Assembly: GCA_904063045.1 (NCBI GenBank)
Contig: CAJFCJ010000003.1
Location: 1,736,001-1,800,000, forward strand
Reading direction: 5' to 3'
DNA length: 64,000 nt
Source of the DNA: Dimorphilus gyrociliatus
Lineage: Eukaryota > Animalia > Annelida
The translations under genes were made by a program, and so were the position numbers. How positions within the stretch are numbered: the stretch's first letter is position 1; each line of letters opens with the position of its first letter. Positions 56,541 to 64,000 of the stretch are shown in pieces. Below the pieces are notes generated by a model. That model did not search any database and was not told where the DNA came from. It saw only the letters and a list, made by a program, of their open reading frames with translations.

Positions 56541-59500
56541 TTAATATTCATCAATGAACGTAAATGTAGGTCCTGCGTTGGGTCCAATCATCGGATCAAT
56601 GCCTTCCTCAATAGGTGTTCTAACCAATTTTTCTCCTTGCACCAAGAGACTATACATCATACTCATACAAAATCGCATCTTATTTGTATGCCCATTAAAT
56701 AGTTCATGAAAACATTTTAATAGCTTTGTATACATTGAATCAAACTGTAAAGAATATCTATGAGCTTTACTGTTGATTTTATATTTCCATATTTGAGGAT
56801 CTTCTATCATGGGCCAGATACCGTCAGCCGCTAGAGGGCGATTAGGACCATTATAACTGTACGTTATGTTGCATGTTTGCAGATTTGTGCCGTTATGACA
56901 GTACTCAGTCTCCATCATGTATAGGTCACGGTTTTTCCCCTCAGAAATACAGGTTTCATTTGAATGAATTATTAAATCTCTTTCTTTGGCCATTTGAGAA
57001 AAAAGATAATAGTGTGAAAGATGTTTACTTGTTGTTAAAGGGTTACAAACGTCGGAACCCTCTCCCTCTTCCACAATTTGTGCTACTGCTCTTTTAGCAG
57101 TTCTTAAGTTAGTTACTGCAAATGGTTTTCCATCAACATCCGAATACCAATCATCATCTTTTACTTGTCGAGATTTTAACCCTGTAAAGATAGTAGTATT
57201 TTCTAGTTCAGCTTCCTTTTCTAACTGAATTATACCATGTAGAATATTGTTATATAGCTGAGATATTGTGTTTGGATTTGTTGTTATTGGGCATTTATAG
57301 GTAAGCACATCAGCATGAATGCTTTCTTTTAAGAGGTATTTCAGGCAACGGGTTTCAACAGTTGCTGCTGGTTTTTCAATTTCCATGAAAGTATGTTCAA
57401 TTCTACTTTTTGACAACGGCCCAAGAACCATTACTATATCCGGATTATTAGGTAGTGGCGACGGAAAAACAGGTACTGCGCTTGCTTCATTGAAAATAGG
57501 TTTACCACCTATACCATTTAAAATATTGGCAGCCAAAGTAGTATGAGCCATTTCCTGTATCATTATATGTTTTAAAGTTTTTTTTGCAGCTTTATTGTAT
57601 CCCGGTCGAATGGATAAAAGAGCTGTCATGTATAACGGGATTGTTGATAACTCAAAGCGAATTGCAGTTTGTATAGACCTTTTGATGTCATCTAAGCTTA
57701 CTTTCGGAGGGTTCCCAATCGTTGGGTTTTCAAGCCACCTCAAAATCATATTTGTAGTTTTTTTCGATAAATCTCTGGATATAGGCATAAAATTATGATG
57801 CTCTAAAGGCAGCGTCATTGCCATTTTCAGTGGTCGAAGTCTTTGTAATACGTTCGTAATATCTTCAAGATGGATGAAAGGTCTCATGACGGGATAGAGG
57901 TAAGCATAACGAGTAAAAACTTCGCGTACATTTCCGTACCAAGTGGGTTCTTTCACTTCAGGGAAGTCATAAAAAATATTTAAGTTTATCATTAAATCAC
58001 ACCATTGGCTTGTATTATTTTTAGACGTGTAATTGAGTAAAACGGTATAAATTTGACTATCGATGGTGCACTCCTTTCGATATTTCCCTAATTTAATACC
58101 TGGATTGTTGGCTTTAATATTTAACAATATAAGCCCGTCTTGATCAGTCCTTGTTGGTTCTGGTAGAGTTACGCCATCTTCAGGATCATTTATAGCAGGA
58201 TTGTCTGAATCACAGAAAAAATCTAACATAGGTCTTGGCCGCTTCATCCAGTTCAATGGGAGAAAGCTCGAAATTTTCAATCCGTCGATTGGCATTCCAA
58301 ATTGACTAGCATAAATTTCAAAACTATGTGTGTCATTTGGATCCATTCTCAAAACATTGTGAGTAAGACTGTGAACGATCACTCCATCAGAATTTTCACG
58401 TAGAACAATATTCATACAATTTTTGCCTTCCAGTTGAGCCACTAATAAAGGTATACTGCGTAGTCGTTCAACTGCTTTCTGATGATAAATTGTCATTTCT
58501 AATCCGTTCGGTGGAAACTCTTGAATACTGTTCATGTTATAAAGAAACATCTTGTTTTTGTATAAAACTGATCCTAAATCAGTAAAATCGTTTGGGCATT
58601 TACTAAAATTTGTATCATTTATAACATCTGTTGGAACAATTACGTGTAAGTTTTTCAAAATACCGTCATGAAGATCTCCATTTGGGCGCTTTCGAAAAGA
58701 GTTGCTAAAATCGACGAGTACAGAACTCTTTTCATAATTAACATGAAAAAAGGCGGTACAAAAATTTTCTTCGTATCGGATGTTACCACCTTGTCTAGGA
58801 TTACAGCCAAGTCCTTTTAGAACTCTTGTAAATCGATGAAATTGACGGGATTCCAAAGAATGTGATGGTCCTATTGTTCCACTGATTTCCCCGTACGTAA
58901 AATTATGCTTTGTTCTGTCTCGTACATATCTATCCATTGTGAATTTGATTGACAGCTTACCTTCTTTTTTACCCCAAAAATCGATTGTTCGCTCCTTTAA
59001 CTGTTTTACAATTTTAGAGTTCTCGTCAACTTCTTTCATCCAAGACAGAGAATATAGTGCACTTTTTATGTATGAACTAAATCTAGGTGCTCTAAAAAGT
59101 TCGGGAATACGTGGCCATAAATCTTGAATAACTGCCACTTCCATTTTTCCTCTAATGCTATGGCCAATTTGAACTTCTAAATCAAAGAATTCACTGTTTT
59201 GGCACATAGGATCAAGATCAACAAATTTCCCGGAGTGATAAGTCATTGGTCCTGAAATGTAAAAGTAATTTCTATTCAGCCTCGAGTAAAAACACTGTAT
59301 ATTCGTTAATACACAAACATTTACTAACTTAATATCGGTATATTATTAATAATCCATCTATCTTTTAGGCAGTTGTGCAAAAGCACTTTCAAAATGGAAA
59401 CGTCAGAAAGAATAGTTTCGTTATATTTTGATATTTGTAGCGTGTCAATTTGCTTCACATATCAACGGAAAAATGAATTGATATTCAAAAAATGTAGAAA

Positions 59501-62500
59501 AGTACTTAGTAATTGAAAATTTAAATTAGAGTCTTCTTAAGCATACTAGTAAATATTTCAAAGCCGACTTTAATAAACCTTCAACCATATTCTTCAAAAT
59601 TAATTATAGCTTTTGAATTGTTAAACGAGCAAGTTTAAAACCTATTATAGTCTGCATTGGATTTCCTAATACTTTTGTAAAGTCCTAAATGAAAAATTAA
59701 GCATGTATCAGTTAAGTTTGCTGAGTCATTATAGGTTCAGAGTGTATCTTCGAGAAAAGTGCTTCAGCTTCCCTCTTCATGTTTTTGATAAATATATAAA
59801 AGATATTTTAAGACGATCATCAAAGTAAAAATCTTTTGAACTCTTATTGAGGTCATTCATTAATTACTTCTTTATACTATTTAATGGACTTTAATGAACA
59901 TATGATAAAGATTTTCGACACTTTAACACAACCTTTTATTGAGCTATGTATTTTAAATAAAATGCTAGCATTGTTTAATCTTCATGATTGTTATCTAATT
60001 AAAATAAAAAGTACCTCTTTTCTGAAAAAGTGTCAGATATAATAAAATATAATTTTAATTAGCTAAAGTATATTCGCCTCATACGTCAAAAAGACTTTTA
60101 AAATATTGTAAATAAACAAGGGATTCATTTCGTATTTTTCTTTGATGTATAGCTTTGATTGTAAGACACATTCTTATTTATATGTTCATTGGTGCTATCA
60201 GCTGTAAATTACTTGCATTAAAACACCAACGTTGTCAAACCTGTGTTGACCACAATCATGTATAGGAATAATTAGACAGATTGATAAAAATTTATTAGAT
60301 GATTGGATAAGAAAAATCACAACAACTGCTATCGAAGTTTTGAAAATGCCAGATAATTGTGATTATTCTCATCTCATATTTAGTATACGCTTCTTTTAAT
60401 ACGTTTTACACAAAGTAACCTAAAACACTCCCAACGCAGATGGCTTTTACGTATTTGTTAACATTTAAAAACACATTTTTTGAGAAAATCAAATGACAAG
60501 TGCATTGTTTATGATGATCTAAAATTTAAAAAGATTTCGGAGAGCGGTGCGAAAATCTCGATTACAAACGAAATACAAGAGAGGATTAATAGTGCTGTTT
60601 ACGTAAGCCAACCAGTAAGAGTTTTCATATGCAACAGGATTAACGCAATCATTACAATACGCTACCATAGGCCACATAATACAGAATGGGAGCCAACAAA
60701 CCAAAAACATCAGAATAATGACTCCCAAAGTACGGAGCACTCTCGTATGTTGCTCTGTTTTTCTTCTATTTGAGTTTTTAATTTTGATTTCATCTTGACC
60801 ACTTGTTTTCGTAACAGATATATCGACAGTAACTTCGTCATCATCTATTGATGGTCCCATATTTTTATCCATAGCCTCAACTTTAAGTTTTTGCCTGTAC
60901 AAAGCTCTCAAAGATCCTGTATAGAAAACTATCATAGCTAAAATAGGAATATAATACACGCAAATTGCTTGAGACACAACAAATTTTTTGTCAGGAACGA
61001 AATAGCAATCTGTAGATATTTTTTTAAGATCTAATACTCGAAAAGTTATTACAGGTGGAAGCCACACTATCAACCCAACAATCCAACTGCCAACAGACAT
61101 CAATGTAGATCGTCTAATGGTTGCAAGAGACTTATATTGCAACGGGCGATTTAGTGCCAAAAATCGATCATATGCCACTAATATTAAATGAAATATGGAA
61201 ACAGTACAACAAGTAAAATCCAAAGCAACCCAGGCAGTACATAAATTATTTCCAAGAGGCCAATAGCCATAGATTGTAAACACATTCATTCCACCCATAA
61301 CAAAGACACCTACTATTAAATCGGCCACAGCAAGAGAAACAACATACACATTCGAAGCGTTTCGCAATTTTTTATCATATATTACGCAAAGAATAACGGT
61401 AATATTAGCCAGAACTGTGATGAGAGTGAGTAATATAAGTGGAGGGGCTAAAACTTCTGCGTTTCTTGACGATTGCTCTGTTATGTTCGAGCTCATCTTG
61501 CCAATTGACGTGGCGTCAGACAACCTGATTTTTAAATATAAACGCAGGACAAATAATTCGATTGGGTTCATTCTTTCAATTAAGTCAAAGAATACTATAA
61601 AAATAGCTCTCTACACTTACACCTTAATAAAATGTTAATATAATAATTGGCCCTATTTATATTTAACACATGTGAGTTTTCCAAACTAAATCTTCCTTTT
61701 AAATAATTTTTAATTTTAATGCGAGCTACTGACCATAAACAGGTTGACCAATGATAGGATCTTGCTTTGGATCTGAAGTGCAATAGCCATTTTTGTAGCA
61801 AACCCTCCTAATAGTAACATTTTCAAATCGGAAATCGTTTGATCCCTAAGCAAAGCACATACAAATTTAACAAATCAATATCAACAAGAAAATACTAAAC
61901 CATTGGAGAAAATCCTCCTTGTGTTGTATTTCCATAAATTATATTCCATTGAGTAAACTCTCTCATATTGTAGTGCTTTGCATTGTTATTTGCCGTTGGT
62001 GGATCAGCGTACAAAAAACCAGAAAAATGAAGTCTGGGCCAACCAAGATAATTGGTACCGGAATATTTCGTAGCTGTACTTTCAAACATCTAAACTTTTA
62101 CAACAGTAATTAGGAATAAATACCTTTACGACAAAAAAGAGCAAATTCATCTTCACCGCCTCTACAATTTGGTTTCTCATCGCATACTTCACTCCATTCA
62201 ATACAATTTCCATCATAGCATTCAAATTCACAAGCTTTGTAAAATCTTATAAGAGATAATTATGCATAATCTTTGAGCTTACTTTTATTAAGGAACAAGT
62301 TTGTTGATTTTCTTAGGAAACCTTCTTGTAAAAACTTTTGTTGGACTTTCAATTGAACGAAAATCCCTACCAGTATTGTGATGATAAAAAATAGAATTAC
62401 ATAACTGTCAAAATTCAAAAAAGATAAAATCACTATATTAAAACGTTTCAGGTACCAACGTTAAGCGTGTTACAGATATAACCCTTTTTTTCTCCTCAGT

Positions 62501-62515
62501 AGCGCTTTTCTGCAT
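56541..62515 (-). CDS. Type II membrane protein: TM anchor, LDLa, then VioB/RebD/StaD-like enzyme with C-terminal ferritin-like domain (1094 aa, 6 exons)
   Basis: Exons 62515-62460, 62404-62283, 62234-62124, 62073-61901, 61845-61734, 59251-56541; all GT-AG and phase-consistent, total 3285 nt. VioB-like motifs: PRLHFSG..ADPPTAN, GSNDF, KFVDLDP, YAYLYPVM, FMPISRDLS..ILRWL, QTAIRFELSTIPLY..ALLSI, QEMAH..LAANIL, EEGEG, SHY, AGPTF. Confidence 0.88.
60519..61496 (-). CDS. Orphan aminergic-type class A GPCR (muscarinic/histamine-H1-like), single coding exon, nested in intron 5 of the VioB-like gene
   Basis: 7 hydrophobic segments; SLAVADLIVG, TM3 Asp (VALDFTCC), DRF, CWLP, YWLAYVNSTINPLLY. Likely start MSSNITEQ at 61496 (the ORF extends to 61571). 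Confidence 0.9.
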   Translation of the reverse strand: MSSNITEQSSRNAEVLAPPLILLTLITVLANITVILCVIYDKKLRNASNVYVVSLAVADLIVGVFVMGGMNVFTIYGYWPLGNNLCTAWVALDFTCCTVSIFHLILVAYDRFLALNRPLQYKSLATIRRSTLMSVGSWIVGLIVWLPPVITFRVLDLKKISTDCYFVPDKKFVVSQAICVYYIPILAMIVFYTGSLRALYRQKLKVEAMDKNMGPSIDDDEVTVDISVTKTSGQDEIKIKNSNRRKTEQHTRVLRTLGVIILMFLVCWLPFCIMWPMVAYCNDCVNPVAYENSYWLAYVNSTINPLLYFVCNRDFRTALRNLFKF

Positions 62516-64000
62516 TTTCTATATCATAAACGAAATAAACTCTCTTGTAAGTTATTGTCTGTTGTACTATGTTATCACCAACATCAAACAAGACATCTTT
62601 AGAAAATAATTTTTAGGTACGATAGAGTTAAAAAAACAGGACAATGGCATTGTTAATTCCACAACGTCTTATCAATTAGATAAGAAGTATGAGCCAAAAT
62701 TTTGACATTACGCATTTTTAAGACAAACAATTAGTCGTAAAATTCATGATCAAATGTTGAAAAAATTACGGGCTTCTGACGACGTAAACATTCCTCAGCA
62801 GTATTAATAGCTTAAATAGTAATGAGAAATAACCTAAAAGCTTTTAAAAATTAGTTCAGAAAGCAATATATGAACAAAAAAGTTATCAACAAATATGACC
62901 CAAAGGTAAAAAATTTCTATTAGTTGTTCGGTTAATTCTCTTATATTTAGCTTTTATAGAAATTGCTTCAGGCAAATCGTAAACGAAAAGATTCAGATTG
63001 ACGTTTTATCTTGATAAACTTTGTCCTAATTTGTGACCAATCAATATTTTATTGTATGCGCTTTTATACTCGCTTATCGAATTGATATATATATATATAC
63101 CAACAGCAGGGATTTTCATCTAACAACTATTGTGAAAAATTATTAATTTGCCTTTCAAACTTATGTTTTTATCTTCTATTTAATAAAACGCGTCATGACT
63201 GTTATCTTGATTTAAAATACTATGATTTATTCTTCTTTTTGGCTCTTCAAATTTCGAAAGGTTCATTTTTATACTTCAATATATGTAACATTGTAAAAAC
63301 TCAGCAAAAGCAATATGAAGGCGCCATCTAATGTTTTACGGCTGAGCGCTGAAACTTTGGTTTTCAGTTTAATATTAAGGTATTAGTAAAACGTTTTTGA
63401 TTATATTAAAAATATAAAGCATTTGAAATATTAACAAATCCCAAAGGGGTTTTTCATATAATCTTGGAAAATAAAACTTCTTATTTAAGAATATATAAAT
63501 ATGATTAGCTGGATATACTTTTATCCAAATCTTGCCGTAATTCTTATGAAAGTTATTTTTCCATAAAAAAAGATGTTGTGAACAAAAAGGAACAACGAAA
63601 AAGCCTTCTCTTTTTAGTTGTTATTAAGTTATACTTCCAGCCGAATATTTTTTTCCTGACTTCGTGTTTTTCATGAGCATATGTTTTCCATATAAATAAT
63701 ATACTATGTACTAAAAATAATACAAAAAATAGGAAGACGTTCAATTAAATAAAGATAACGCATTTGCAGCTCAATCAAAACAGTATTTCTTTTAAAACCA
63801 CCCAAACGATATACTTATTTTCAAATTTGAATACCTATTTGTCATCATTTCGAAAAAGCACATAATTTATTATAACCAAGTGATAAATAGATTATGATAT
63901 TATTGTTTTCTTTATACTTTCAATAAAAAATATTTGTAGTGGTTGGTTTAGCGTTGAGTGTTTTGTTTTGTTGACAAATTTACCAAGCCAAGACAATTTA

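Noticed and set aside
56541-59246. The 901-aa ORF as bacterial contamination or an inserted prokaryotic operon
   Set aside because: It is the last exon of a gene with five GT-AG introns, an LDLa exon and a nested animal GPCR. Its AT richness resembles neighbouring genes, and no vioA/C/D/E-like or other operon genes are adjacent.
61895-62089. MFESTATK... as an independent small ORF or the gene start
   Set aside because: A phase-1 acceptor at 62073 links it to the LDLa exon, and a phase-0 donor at 61900 links it to the next VioB-like exon.

Overview
This is eukaryotic (animal) genomic DNA: AT-rich, gene-dense, with mostly 45-60 nt GT-AG introns. The proteins look like those of a marine invertebrate, and a compact lophotrochozoan/annelid-type genome is my inference, not a database result. 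About 17 protein-coding genes can be reconstructed by hand: a Cys-rich GPI-like surface protein, periostin/TGFBI-like, NNMT-family methyltransferase, an orphan coiled-coil protein, GALC head-to-head with CEBPG, two zinc-finger genes, a GlyT2-like SLC6, SPG7, a PX-3xSH3 protein, ACOT9, an SLC24/NCKX, RSRC1, a Dop1R2-type dopamine receptor and an orphan aminergic GPCR. The standout is a 6-exon minus-strand gene (62515 to 56541, 1094 aa). It encodes a type II membrane anchor, a phase 1-1 LDL-receptor class A exon, and an apparently full-length homolog of the bacterial VioB/RebD/StaD-like family, with a C-terminal ferritin-like domain. It looks like a bacterial secondary-metabolism-type enzyme domesticated into an animal cell-surface or lumenal protein. 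Its 2.5 kb fifth intron contains a complete same-strand aminergic GPCR. I saw no rRNA, tRNA, CRISPR array or intact transposon. Exon boundaries are manual predictions, and family assignments rest on recalled motifs, not searches.
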